A DNA stretch of 64,000 nt from IMG/VR virus record IMGVR_UViG_3300027659_000014, positions 1 through 64,000 of that record; one strand, written 5' to 3'. Shown here piece after piece: positions 1 through 9,547 of the stretch. Numbering within the stretch: the first letter of the stretch is position 1; each line of letters opens with the position of its first letter. A program made the translations under genes and the position numbers. Under the pieces are notes generated by a model. It was not told the DNA's origin. It made no database searches and saw only the letters and a program-made list of their open reading frames with translations. Origin of the DNA: a virus.

Positions 1-713
1 TAATCCTTATCGTTTGTAAAATATTCTTTATTTTTATTATTGAAGAATGATGACAACATAAGTCTTAACATATACATCACACCTTTGTTTTCAAATCTTC
101 TTGGTGGTGTATATACAATATTGTTTATTCTTCCGAATTTATTTGGTTTGATTTGTTTTGAGAACATATAATCTTCAGCTACTTTAATCTCTTCATCAAA
201 ACCTCCGATTGATTTAAACGTCTCTGAACGAACTAACATATACCCACCGAGACAGAATGGTGTTGACCACTTGGAAAGTGACTGTATTAAGTCAAACGCT
301 CTATATACGTAATTGAATTTTCCATTGTCTGAACGGAACTTTGTTGTTACCAGATCTAAATGGTATCTATGTATTCGTACGATTGATCTTTTTAGTACCT
401 TTGGATCCAATAGGAACACATCTGCATCCATAAACAACACATATGGTGTTGTAACAAGTTTGAATCCGTTGTTTCTTGCTATTGCTGGAAGTCCACCCTC
501 AATTAAATGTAAAACAAACATATCGGTTCTGTGTTGATAGTCCAATCTATCCACCAGATCAAGTTTTGTTACACCATCATTTGATGCGTCACAAACAATT
601 ACTTTTACATTCTTTATGTCAACTTGATGATTTAACAGATCTAATGTTTTTAATATAATATCCTTCTCATTCTTACAAGGTATTACAATCGTTACTAATT
701 TGTTTAAATCCAT
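1..713 (-). CDS. Glycosyltransferase family 2 (runs off window edge; missing from ORF track)
   Basis: Manual translation from ATG at 713: MDLNKLVTIVIPCKNE...VIVCDASND...ARNNG...FMDAD...GGFDE...AED, which are the canonical GT-A/GT2 motifs including DxD. Confidence 0.85.
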   Translation of the reverse strand, partial: MDLNKLVTIVIPCKNEKDIILKTLDLLNHQVDIKNVKVIVCDASNDGVTKLDLVDRLDYQHRTDMFVLHLIEGGLPAIARNNGFKLVTTPYVLFMDADVFLLDPKVLKRSIVRIHRYHLDLVTTKFRSDNGKFNYVYRAFDLIQSLSKWSTPFCLGGYMLVRSETFKSIGGFDEEIKVAEDYMFSKQIKPNKFGRINNIVYTPPRRFENKGVMYMLRLMLSSFFNNKNKEYFTNDKD

Positions 714-780
714 ATATTATAAATATAATTCACATTACACTTAATATATCACTTAACAATTTAATAATCAACTTTACCTA

Positions 781-1602
781 TTACTTTATGAAATTTGTTA
801 CGTAACCCAATGCCCCCCAATGACCAACACCACTTGGGGTATCTGTTGATCCAGAGACAACTCCTTTACCTCTAACTTTAACAGGACCTGTTATAACATT
901 TTTATTTGGAACACCCATAGAGACCGCATCGTTTACAGAACTAAATACACCTGAAGATTTTGCATAAGATTCCACAATAAATAACCTATCTTTGTATTTA
1001 ATTTCTTTTGCAACCTGTGAAGAATATTTACACCCCGCACTAAATAAAACAACATAAGACTCAGGGTTTTTTCTAATAGCATCTAAAACTCCCTGTAGAT
1101 TATTATATCTAAATCCTATAATAGTTTTGTTTAGTAATTTATTTTTTAATACTTTAACTTGTTGGTCTATATTAAGATCTCCAGATCTTGTATCTAAACC
1201 GCCCATTAATATAACATCACCACTTGACACTTCAACTTGTGAATTATCTTCTTTTTCAGGATCATCAACTTTTTTAATTACATCAATTGATTTAGAGTTA
1301 GTATTACAAAAATCAGGTGTTATCCACTCAACTTTTTTATCCTCCAAATCTTTTAATTTACTTTTTGTATCATTACCAACAATACCATCATCGTCAATTC
1401 CCATTTTTCTTTGGAACTCCTGAACACAAGATTTTGTTTGTCTACCAAATTCACCATCTTTATGAATACCTAATAATTCTTGTAATGATCCGACCTCATC
1501 ACCGTTTGATCCTATTTTTAAGATAGATTCTATATTAGATACGGATTCAGTTATTATCCCCATCATTTCTTTTATTCTTTGTATGTTTTCTATTAAATTC
1601 AT
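781..1602 (-). CDS. Peptidoglycan-binding domain protein with leader peptide and uncharacterised C-terminal domain
   Basis: LKIGSNGDEVGSLQELLG...DGEFGRQTKSCVQEFQRKMGIDDDGIVGNDT is a PG_binding_1 signature. N-terminus is MNLIENIQRIKEMMGIITES. Confidence 0.8.
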   Translation of the reverse strand: MNLIENIQRIKEMMGIITESVSNIESILKIGSNGDEVGSLQELLGIHKDGEFGRQTKSCVQEFQRKMGIDDDGIVGNDTKSKLKDLEDKKVEWITPDFCNTNSKSIDVIKKVDDPEKEDNSQVEVSSGDVILMGGLDTRSGDLNIDQQVKVLKNKLLNKTIIGFRYNNLQGVLDAIRKNPESYVVLFSAGCKYSSQVAKEIKYKDRLFIVESYAKSSGVFSSVNDAVSMGVPNKNVITGPVKVRGKGVVSGSTDTPSGVGHWGALGYVTNFIK

Positions 1603-1610
1603 ATTCTTTA

Positions 1611-2213
1611 CTAATATCTTACTTTATTTTTAACAATATTAACAATATTTAAATAAAAATCTTCAAGATCTCTTTCTCCCGTTTCAATTTGATTAATAAC
1701 CTCATCTCTACGATGAAGAGTATTATTAACAATAAACTCAATCATTTCTTCATCAGTAATATTTTCAGGTTTAACTGGTTCAGGAATACAATCGTGGTCT
1801 TTATTAAATGTATCAACATCATCAAAATAAAAACCTGTTTCACCAACTATTTGTTCAAACTTTGGAATCATCGCATCTTCATACCATTCCTCTATTATAC
1901 TCATAACAAAGTTTTTTCTTGCATTAAAAATTTTCATTATTTTTTCCACTAATGTTTTTGATATCATTAATGTGCCATTAACAAATTTACCGTCTTCGTA
2001 ATAGTATATTGCGGTAATAACTTCTTTACCGTTAACACACCAATCCTCAGCAAGATTACCATAATTACGAGATTTTTTACCTATTGTTCTATTACCATCC
2101 TCAATATAATCATCAAGAAATAATGTGATAACTTTTCTAAGACTATCTGTAGATTTGATGTATCTTCGTCTTTCGTCTTCTTCTTTTAATATTTTTTTAA
2201 TTATATCTCTCAT
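1611..2213 (-). CDS. Hypothetical protein with IKKILKEE leader
   Basis: 200-aa ORF starting MRDIIKKILKEE. Confidence 0.7.
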   Translation of the reverse strand: MRDIIKKILKEEDERRRYIKSTDSLRKVITLFLDDYIEDGNRTIGKKSRNYGNLAEDWCVNGKEVITAIYYYEDGKFVNGTLMISKTLVEKIMKIFNARKNFVMSIIEEWYEDAMIPKFEQIVGETGFYFDDVDTFNKDHDCIPEPVKPENITDEEMIEFIVNNTLHRRDEVINQIETGERDLEDFYLNIVNIVKNKVRY

Positions 2214-2216
2214 TTT

Positions 2217-2894
2217 TTAAAATTCTATAGTAATTGTATTAGGAAGTTTAGGTATATGGTTAAAATAATCATCACAACTTTTAGGAATACTATCACCATC
2301 GTCATATTTATTATCAATTAATAAAACATAAATGTCCATCCCTTTGAATGTTTTATGTAATTTTTCATTAATGAATTTTTCGTATCCTTCCAAAGTATAT
2401 TTTTTATCAGTAACAATTACAACTATATAAAATTTATTATGTCCCGCTTGAACGGAAACAAAACAAGGTTTATAAATTGACCTATTTAAATATTCACCAC
2501 TTACCCCCTCAATATACTCAGCAATAAATTCAATCTTTTTTAAATCTGAAGGAGTTACGCTTTTTGTGTTAGATTTTGTATAGTTAAAATCACCTAAATC
2601 CTCAGATTCATTTATAAATTCATCACAACTTAATTGTGCATTATCAAAGTAATCTAAAAACTCATCAAAATATCTTTCTCTTATGAAATGATGTAAATCA
2701 ATTGCAATATCATCGTCTCCTAAATTGTTATTATTTACAAAGTTTTCTACCACCCAATTAGTTATCTCCCTGAAGTACATATAAAATTTATCTTCATCGT
2801 AATCACAAGGTGTTACATCATGGTAAACCTCATCAACAAGATCATCAATTTGTTTCAGTCTCCTAATAATAAACGGATTAAAACGTTCTTTCAT
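2217..2894 (-). CDS. Hypothetical protein
   Basis: 225-aa ORF; TATTTATA motif immediately upstream (2899-2906 on minus strand). Confidence 0.7.
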   Translation of the reverse strand: MKERFNPFIIRRLKQIDDLVDEVYHDVTPCDYDEDKFYMYFREITNWVVENFVNNNNLGDDDIAIDLHHFIRERYFDEFLDYFDNAQLSCDEFINESEDLGDFNYTKSNTKSVTPSDLKKIEFIAEYIEGVSGEYLNRSIYKPCFVSVQAGHNKFYIVVIVTDKKYTLEGYEKFINEKLHKTFKGMDIYVLLIDNKYDDGDSIPKSCDDYFNHIPKLPNTITIEF

Positions 2895-2936
2895 ATAGTA
2901 TAAATATATTTAAAAATTGTTTTAACAGAATAGTAT

Positions 2937-3335
2937 TTGATTATGTTATACGTGGTTATTATAATTGTAATTATGAACCTTGAGAGACGATTTCATTTAT
3001 TCCAAGATTTCTTAATTGAGATGAGTAACGGTGTGGTATATAATGTTAGATCTATCAATCTTAAAAAACTTGATAAACCAACGGTAAAATATGAAGGTAA
3101 ACTATATAGTATCTCGCATGAATTGTCCCATAAATTTTCCAATTTTAATATGTTAGTTGTAACAGATTATGTATTAACAATTGATGTTATTTGTAAATGT
3201 CATATAGATAAGATATGGTGTGATGAATTGGTGAGTATGTTTCGTGGAACATTTAGTTCTTTATTACCACAAAATTGTAAGATTGATATCAATCCATTAA
3301 CTAATGAAGTTACCCCAACTAATTGGTACGCTTAA
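2937..3335 (+). CDS. Hypothetical protein (start possibly at ATG 2973)
   Basis: ORF fills the gap between convergent genes. Confidence 0.5.
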   Translation: MIMLYVVIIIVIMNLERRFHLFQDFLIEMSNGVVYNVRSINLKKLDKPTVKYEGKLYSISHELSHKFSNFNMLVVTDYVLTIDVICKCHIDKIWCDELVSMFRGTFSSLLPQNCKIDINPLTNEVTPTNWYA

Positions 3336-3886
3336 CCCCATTGAACATAGACATCATAAAATTCCACACCAAATGAGTTCGCAGTTGCCACAACAAAATC
3401 TTGTATCATATCTTGTATTTCTGAACTAAGTTCTAACCAAAGATCATCCTCAATTGATTCGTGATCAGTTAAATCATATTCCTCACCGTTTGTCATTAAA
3501 GTAACACTACCGTGAGTAATATCAAAATCAACAAATATCTCAACTTGATCATTTTCTTCTCTCACAAAAACATATGGTAATTTAAATGAAAAATCATACC
3601 CACCTGTATGAATACCCTCATCTTCCATATCGTCTGTGGTTAATTCTTTTTTACTAGTTAGATATCTTTCAAAATCTTTTCTAAGGTCATAAACATTACC
3701 CATATATTCTCTGTAGTAACCCATTATGTCCCTTTGTTTTGTACTAAAACCAAGCCTCTTTACCATTTTCTTATCGTATCTTGGCGTATCACCTAATGAT
3801 TTCTGTTCATCCCAAAGATCAAAGAAATATTTCTTTACAGGATTAACTTTTTCTTCCCTTAATATTCTTCTGATTAAATCTTTCAT
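3332..3886 (-). CDS. Hypothetical protein with leader, paralog of 4111-4695
   Basis: Likely start MKDLIRRILREEKVNPVKKYFFDLWDE at 3886, preceded by TATTTATA. Confidence 0.75.
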   Translation of the reverse strand: MKDLIRRILREEKVNPVKKYFFDLWDEQKSLGDTPRYDKKMVKRLGFSTKQRDIMGYYREYMGNVYDLRKDFERYLTSKKELTTDDMEDEGIHTGGYDFSFKLPYVFVREENDQVEIFVDFDITHGSVTLMTNGEEYDLTDHESIEDDLWLELSSEIQDMIQDFVVATANSFGVEFYDVYVQWG

Positions 3887-3913
3887 ATAAATTATAAATA
3901 TCATAAAAAAACA

Positions 3914-3938
3914 AAACCTGAGACGTAGTTTCTCAGGT
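3914..3938 (-). terminator. Probable intrinsic terminator
   Basis: Inverted repeat acctgaga...tctcaggt followed by a T-run on the minus strand. Confidence 0.65.
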
Positions 3939-3946
3939 CAATGGAA

Positions 3947-4057
3947 TTAATCCACATTCTTATGTTTTCTCTTACGAGTGTAAGATTTCTTGCTCTTCTG
4001 AACAATAGGTCTTGTTGCAGCCCATATTTCTTGAATTGTGATCTCTATAGTTTTCAT
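3947..4057 (-). CDS. 36-aa basic peptide with ArfA-like KKSYTRKRKHK motif (missing from ORF track)
   Basis: MKTIEITIQEIWAATRPIVQKSKKSYTRKRKHKNVD; has its own TATATTTG promoter (4099-4106) and a downstream terminator. Confidence 0.6.
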   Translation of the reverse strand: MKTIEITIQEIWAATRPIVQKSKKSYTRKRKHKNVD

Positions 4058-4098
4058 CTTTTTGTATGTTTGTATATTGTTAGACATAATTAATAATA

Positions 4099-4106
4099 CA
4101 AATATA
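4099..4106 (-). promoter_or_regulatory. Bacteroidota-type -7 promoter element TATATTTG
   Basis: Matches TAnnTTTG consensus, about 40 nt upstream of the small ORF. Confidence 0.6.
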
Positions 4107-4110
4107 CAAA

Positions 4111-4695
4111 TTAATTTAATATATTCACCACAACATCTTCAATATCTGCACCATATTTTATTCCCATATCAACAATAAAAGATTCTACTATTGTTTTAAG
4201 TTCATCTTGAACATCAAAATAAGAAACCATATCATCAATTTCATTATTACCCCTTGAAATATCATATCTTTTTTGATAATAATTATCCTCAATATCATTA
4301 TACTCCGACATATTAATATAACCATCAAGTATGTCCATATCAGCCAAAATTTCTTTATCTTCACGATGTTTATTAATACGAACATTACTCAACTTAAATG
4401 TAAATTTAAAATCCTCATCATCCCATTGTCTGAAGTTTAATTCGCTAGACTTAAATGTTTTATTTGACAAAAAATCTAATAGGTTTTTTTCACCAATCTC
4501 TTTACCTCCAATGTATTCAATATAGTAATCGTGTATTTCATTTGATTTTTTTTTAAATCCAAGTTTACCAATTAAACTAATGTCAATTGTTGGATATTCC
4601 CCTTCGGATCTTATTTCATCCCAATGGTCAAAGAAGAACTTTTTTATTGGGTTCATTCTTTCTTCCTTCAATATTTTTCTAATTAGCTCTTTCAT
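4111..4695 (-). CDS. Hypothetical protein with leader, paralog of 3332-3886
   Basis: MKELIRKILKEERMNPIKKFFFDHWDE; shares LGF, FxFKL and DxDIxxG segments with its paralog. Confidence 0.75.
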   Translation of the reverse strand: MKELIRKILKEERMNPIKKFFFDHWDEIRSEGEYPTIDISLIGKLGFKKKSNEIHDYYIEYIGGKEIGEKNLLDFLSNKTFKSSELNFRQWDDEDFKFTFKLSNVRINKHREDKEILADMDILDGYINMSEYNDIEDNYYQKRYDISRGNNEIDDMVSYFDVQDELKTIVESFIVDMGIKYGADIEDVVVNILN

Positions 4696-5855
4696 CTATT
4701 GTATGGTCTGAACCTCATAGGGTTTGCTTTGACTGCAGACTTAGAGAACCTTAATTTGGATCCCTGAGTTCTTGCATTTTTTAGTGTCCTTGCGTATTCC
4801 CACATTTCTCGTTTATTACTATTCTCCTGTTCTTTAATATTAAAAATAAAACGTATCTTCCATTTACCAATTATTCTATCTGCAATAGTATACATAAAAT
4901 CATCATAATCAATCCAAGCGGATACACTATTAAAAGTTATATTTACATCAACTTCAAACATAGGAATTCTACTTATACCTTTTTTTCTTTCTATATTTAC
5001 AATACTTATTTTATCTACACTATCAACAACATCACAGGTATCAAAATTTAACCAAGCAGCAAAAGAATCGGCATCCAATTCTTCACAATTGTTTTTAATT
5101 TCTTCTAACGTTTCGTCAACAATATCTTGAAATGTACCCACCATTGTTTCTTTACTTAGTTTATCATCATTAATAGATTCTCTCCATAAACTTCTTCCAT
5201 TACCTTCATGTATTAATTCTATTGCTTCTGGTGGTATGTTATCAAATGTTACTATATGTTTTTTAGATGATTCAAAGTGTCTATCTTTATACCATTTAAC
5301 TTTAGGTATCATTTCCGTATTAATTCCCCATACATCATCGTCGTATGTTGAATCAAACCAAGCCCTTTTATTTGTTGAGTTAGTTGCAAATATTGCCGGT
5401 ATACACTTCTCACCATAACCAACATAAGTCGTATAACAATCTCCAGCGCTCACTTCTAATCCAATTCTTAATATACTTTCTCTCCATACAGGACTTGATT
5501 TATGTATAACAATTCTGTTTGGTGTAATTTCTTTACCTGCAGGACTATAATTTTCATTTATATTACCACTATTTTTTCTTTGATTATAATAATACGCCTT
5601 AAGTACAGGTTCATAAGTATCAACCATATATTTAATGAAATCAGAAACATCATATACAGGTACAGTATATAATTCAATTTCGTATTTGTAGTGGAGATAG
5701 TTTTCTAAAGTTGCTTGGACCAATTTCCATTTGAACTCTTCTAAACTTTTGGAATCATGGTAGATATAGGAAATACCTTTCCTCATCATTTTTTCAAATT
5801 TATGGTGGTCAATTCGTCTCTTGAAGAATGGTGGTATATTGTGATCGTTACTCAT
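4692..5855 (-). CDS. Multidomain protein with central ADP-ribosyltransferase/Tpt1(KptA)-like domain
   Basis: VIHKSSPVWRESILRIGL...AIFATN...DVWGIN...DNIPPEAIELI resembles the H-x-(S/T)...SIxxxGL...IPPxxI pattern of ART-fold/RNA 2'-phosphotransferase-like domains. Confidence 0.55.
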   Translation of the reverse strand: MSNDHNIPPFFKRRIDHHKFEKMMRKGISYIYHDSKSLEEFKWKLVQATLENYLHYKYEIELYTVPVYDVSDFIKYMVDTYEPVLKAYYYNQRKNSGNINENYSPAGKEITPNRIVIHKSSPVWRESILRIGLEVSAGDCYTTYVGYGEKCIPAIFATNSTNKRAWFDSTYDDDVWGINTEMIPKVKWYKDRHFESSKKHIVTFDNIPPEAIELIHEGNGRSLWRESINDDKLSKETMVGTFQDIVDETLEEIKNNCEELDADSFAAWLNFDTCDVVDSVDKISIVNIERKKGISRIPMFEVDVNITFNSVSAWIDYDDFMYTIADRIIGKWKIRFIFNIKEQENSNKREMWEYARTLKNARTQGSKLRFSKSAVKANPMRFRPYNR

Positions 5856-5948
5856 ATAGTTTATAAATACTTTGAGTAATAAAAAATGTGTTACCTTTGT
5901 GAGGTTTTACTTGCGGATAAGTAATCGTAATAAGTAATAATATTATTA

Positions 5949-6191
5949 TTATCTTTTGAAGTTAAATACAAATGGTTCATAAGTTTCTTTATAGTAGTTA
6001 ATTTTCATTTTTCGGTTTACTTCTTTATCCGTATAACCAATCATGTAAGCTCTATCAATTAAAGAGATTTCTTCTTCTTTTAAATTATTAATTTGTTCTT
6101 TTAAAGATGTTAAATGTAATTTTAAATCTTCAGGAAAATGTTTTTCTTTTTCCTGAATAATATCAATCATTTTTTTAGTAATTAGTCCCAT
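5949..6191 (-). CDS. Hypothetical protein
   Basis: 80-aa ORF. Confidence 0.55.
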   Translation of the reverse strand: MGLITKKMIDIIQEKEKHFPEDLKLHLTSLKEQINNLKEEEISLIDRAYMIGYTDKEVNRKMKINYYKETYEPFVFNFKR

Positions 6192-6217
6192 ATGTTCTGA
6201 TTTTTAAATAAATATAA

Positions 6218-6493
6218 CTAAACTAAACTATCTTCACACCATATTGGTGTTTTTTCTCCAACATAAGATCCAACAACATTATAATAATAATGTTCTAAGG
6301 CATCTTCTTCATCCATTCCTTCATTAATAAATATTTCAATACATTTTGTTTTTGAATATATAAGTCGGTATGATCCTTCCTCAATACCAATAATTGCATC
6401 ATCAAGTCCATCAGCCTTTAATATTTCTTCATCAGGATAATTTTCAACAATTGAATCTAATATAATACTACCATTTTTATTATTATCACTCAT
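6218..6493 (-). CDS. Conserved phage hypothetical protein
   Basis: ADGLDDAIIG...YS..KCIEI...MDEEDALEHYYYNVVGSYVGEKTP, a pattern I recall from phage proteins. Confidence 0.7.
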   Translation of the reverse strand: MSDNNKNGSIILDSIVENYPDEEILKADGLDDAIIGIEEGSYRLIYSKTKCIEIFINEGMDEEDALEHYYYNVVGSYVGEKTPIWCEDSLV

Positions 6494-6539
6494 ATTAAAT
6501 GTTTTATTTAAAAATAAACATTTTTTTTTAATGAGTCAA

Positions 6540-7913
6540 CTAATTTTTTTCAAACCACTCTCTCATTTCATCTCTGACAGAATTTAATGCTTTTTTAGCG
6601 TAATGTATAATAGCAGGAAAATAGTTTGTATTGTAGAAATCAATCAGTTGTTCAATTGTTTTAAATTTTTGATCTATATCCATAAAGTTATGGATCTCAA
6701 CATCCTCCTCATATTCTTCTATATCATTCCTATAAAAGTCTATGTCCACAGGTAGTATATTGTTTCCATCCCAAAACATTGTGGCATAACCTACTAATGC
6801 TTCAGTTTTATTTTTACCAAAATAAATTGTAAAATCCCATGTGGATGATTGACGATCAATTGCAACATTTATTTCAACCTCATCATCTTTATAATTAGAA
6901 TTCAATTCTTTTTTATCAAAGATATAATAAGTTAATATATCATTACATTGTTGAGGTGTAAATGATTTTATTTTATTTAAACTTAACTGATCATCATCAG
7001 ATGAAATAAAATCAGGTTTAATAAGTTTATTTGCAGCATTAATCGTCAAACCAAACTTTTTTATTGTGTCATAAACTCCAATCTTATCAACAGATTTTGA
7101 AATCATTTCTTTTGTTCTTTCAAAACTATTTTCAGATAATAATTTTTTATCATTAAACATTAACTTTTTAATTTCATTAACATATCCCGATAAAGGATTT
7201 TTTATATCCAATGGTGAGTTCAATATCCAATCCTCAATTTGAAAAAATCTTTTTAAAATCTGATTAATAGATTCATCCATAAATTCTTTTGGTGGTGTTG
7301 GACTTTCAGTTATTTCATCATTACTATATGATAACTTTTCAGTAACCTGTTTGTTTGCCAATCTATAAATTTTTTGAAATAACTCATCATCATTATTTTC
7401 AAACGCCAATGGGATTTCAAATCTTAACCCAATAGTGTAACTATATCTTGGGTTTTCACTTCTAGATCCTCCCATTATATTTTTATAATAATAAAGTTCA
7501 ATAACAGTATTATATTGACGGAAATTAAGTTCAGTTGGGGGGTCTGTTTTGTAACTAACATAACCAACATTTTCATTGTAAGTCACATCTTGAAATTGTA
7601 TTCTATCATTTCCGTCTCTTTCACTAGTAACAGATGTTTTAAGATATTTTAGAAAGGGTATTCTTTTTTTAAGGTATTCTTCAGTAACTTTAATTGATTT
7701 ATCTTCAATTTCATTAACCATATTATAGTTCTTCCAAAACTTATTTAATTCAGTTTTATTATATTTTTTTGACTTATTATCCCAACCACAAGAATGACAA
7801 AGATTAGGATGTTTATCCTTTTTTTCTTTATCCCAAGAGTGTTTACACTTAGAACACTTTATTTTACCTTCTAAAAGTAGTTTTGATTGTTCTTCAGTTA
7901 TAATAATTTTCAT
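6540..7913 (-). CDS. Modular protein: leader, Zn-ribbon, further uncharacterised domains
   Basis: MKIIITEEQSKLLLE then CSKCKHSW...CHSCG; internal VNEIKKLM...LLSE linker. Confidence 0.7.
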   Translation of the reverse strand: MKIIITEEQSKLLLEGKIKCSKCKHSWDKEKKDKHPNLCHSCGWDNKSKKYNKTELNKFWKNYNMVNEIEDKSIKVTEEYLKKRIPFLKYLKTSVTSERDGNDRIQFQDVTYNENVGYVSYKTDPPTELNFRQYNTVIELYYYKNIMGGSRSENPRYSYTIGLRFEIPLAFENNDDELFQKIYRLANKQVTEKLSYSNDEITESPTPPKEFMDESINQILKRFFQIEDWILNSPLDIKNPLSGYVNEIKKLMFNDKKLLSENSFERTKEMISKSVDKIGVYDTIKKFGLTINAANKLIKPDFISSDDDQLSLNKIKSFTPQQCNDILTYYIFDKKELNSNYKDDEVEINVAIDRQSSTWDFTIYFGKNKTEALVGYATMFWDGNNILPVDIDFYRNDIEEYEEDVEIHNFMDIDQKFKTIEQLIDFYNTNYFPAIIHYAKKALNSVRDEMREWFEKN

Positions 7914-8791
7914 TTATCAATTTCTTTAGTAATATTATCTTTAACCATAAATATTACGTATTTTGAGTTTTTTGGATAAATTACTAAATCAACCGCTTTA
8001 TGTTTTCCATTATTATAATCAATAATAAATGTGTCTAGTTGAGATTCGTTTGACTTTGATTGAATTGTACTTATACCTTTTTTTGTTTTAATAATAAAAT
8101 CAACAGATAACAACATATCAATAAAATCGCCGTTTCCACCTTGATATAAAAGTTCTGCTCCATCACTTTTAAGTTTTTTTATGATATTATTTTCTAACTT
8201 TTCACCATAATCACTGTTAACTTTTATATTGTTTGTAAAGTTAAGTAATTCCATAGGTGAGGTTAAATATGTTGTAAATAATTGTGGAATTTTATGTTTA
8301 TGTTTTAATAAAATATTTTTAGATTCCTCATCAGAATCTTTTGAAAGTAACGAATCAATTATATTTTTACTGTTAAGACTACCGTTAGTATATGACCGAA
8401 TAAGTAATTCAGTTAAAATATCCGCAATATCTGAGTAATTAGTATTTAATTTATTAACATAATTCCAAACACCATTAGAATCTATTTCTCCATTATTGTT
8501 AGTGTAAACAAGTTTTCTATTTGGTAAATTTTTAATAAAATCATTATGTTGTATTTCTGAGATATTACCGTTATTTTTTAATAAATTAATTCCAAAAATA
8601 TGTTTGTCAATCTCTTCCTGCCTTATATTACTTTTTAAAGGATCTAATATCTTATCAATAATTTTTTCTATCCCTAACCCTTCTTTTTTTACTAACTCTA
8701 ACCCTTCTTTTTTGTATACCCAACTTTTGTGTAACCAATACTTAAAACTATTTAATCTTCTTTCTATTTCTAATCTTTTGTTTTCAACCAT
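7910..8791 (-). CDS. Putative PD-(D/E)xK family nuclease
   Basis: GEKLE...FIDMLLSVDFIIK...TIQSK matches the E...D...(Q/E)xK arrangement; TATCTTTG promoter at 8810-8817. Confidence 0.5.
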   Translation of the reverse strand: MVENKRLEIERRLNSFKYWLHKSWVYKKEGLELVKKEGLGIEKIIDKILDPLKSNIRQEEIDKHIFGINLLKNNGNISEIQHNDFIKNLPNRKLVYTNNNGEIDSNGVWNYVNKLNTNYSDIADILTELLIRSYTNGSLNSKNIIDSLLSKDSDEESKNILLKHKHKIPQLFTTYLTSPMELLNFTNNIKVNSDYGEKLENNIIKKLKSDGAELLYQGGNGDFIDMLLSVDFIIKTKKGISTIQSKSNESQLDTFIIDYNNGKHKAVDLVIYPKNSKYVIFMVKDNITKEIDK

Positions 8792-8809
8792 ATTATAATT
8801 TTATTTCTA

Positions 8810-8841
8810 CAAAGATAAAAAATTATATTTGATTAATCAAA
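8810..8841 (-). promoter_or_regulatory. Bacteroidota-type promoter (TTTG -33 / TATCTTTG -7)
   Basis: CAAAGATA at 8810-8817 and CAAA at 8838-8841 on the plus strand. Confidence 0.65.
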
Positions 8842-8856
8842 TAAAAAGTATTATTT

Positions 8857-9525
8857 TTAGTCTAAATCATCTTCTTTAATAATGATTGATAAACCAGACT
8901 CCATCCATTCATTACTATATAAATCAATTTCTATTGTCAGATTGTTTCTATCTAAAATAATTTTTCCTGATGATCCCTCATTTATTTCCCAACCACCAAA
9001 TGAAGACTCAAGTTTATCATAGAAAAAATTTTCAAGTTCATCAGGATATCCAATTGTTTCTGATGGACCATCTTCCTCATCACTTCCATTATTATTTAAC
9101 TCACCACTATCTCCTCCACCAGAAAACTTAACTTCAAAGTAATTTATATTATTTTCATCTAAAAAATTTTGAACTAAAGGCATAGTACTTACGTCATATT
9201 CATCGGATTCACCCACCGAAGTTTGTTCTTCTATTTCACTAGTTATTTCCATAGTTTTATTAATGCGATCAACAAGTATAGTAACGTGATAATAATAGTC
9301 TCCATTCTCATTTCGAGAGTTTTCCCAAATTTCATCCGTATATTTTTCAATTATTTTTTCAAAAAATGAGTAAAAGTTAGACGGTATGGTATAACTTTTA
9401 TTACCAACATAAAACATATCTTCAAAATGGTCAACATATCTACCATCCATGCTGAGATTAAGTCTAACCTCATCAACTTTCAAACTTTTTAGATAAACTA
9501 AAAATCCATAAAATTTATTTTTCAT
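8857..9525 (-). CDS. DUF6878-like protein
   Basis: FEVKFSGGGDSG...GWEINEGSSG motif. Confidence 0.6.
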   Translation of the reverse strand: MKNKFYGFLVYLKSLKVDEVRLNLSMDGRYVDHFEDMFYVGNKSYTIPSNFYSFFEKIIEKYTDEIWENSRNENGDYYYHVTILVDRINKTMEITSEIEEQTSVGESDEYDVSTMPLVQNFLDENNINYFEVKFSGGGDSGELNNNGSDEEDGPSETIGYPDELENFFYDKLESSFGGWEINEGSSGKIILDRNNLTIEIDLYSNEWMESGLSIIIKEDDLD

Positions 9526-9547
9526 ATTTTTTTATTATATAAATATA

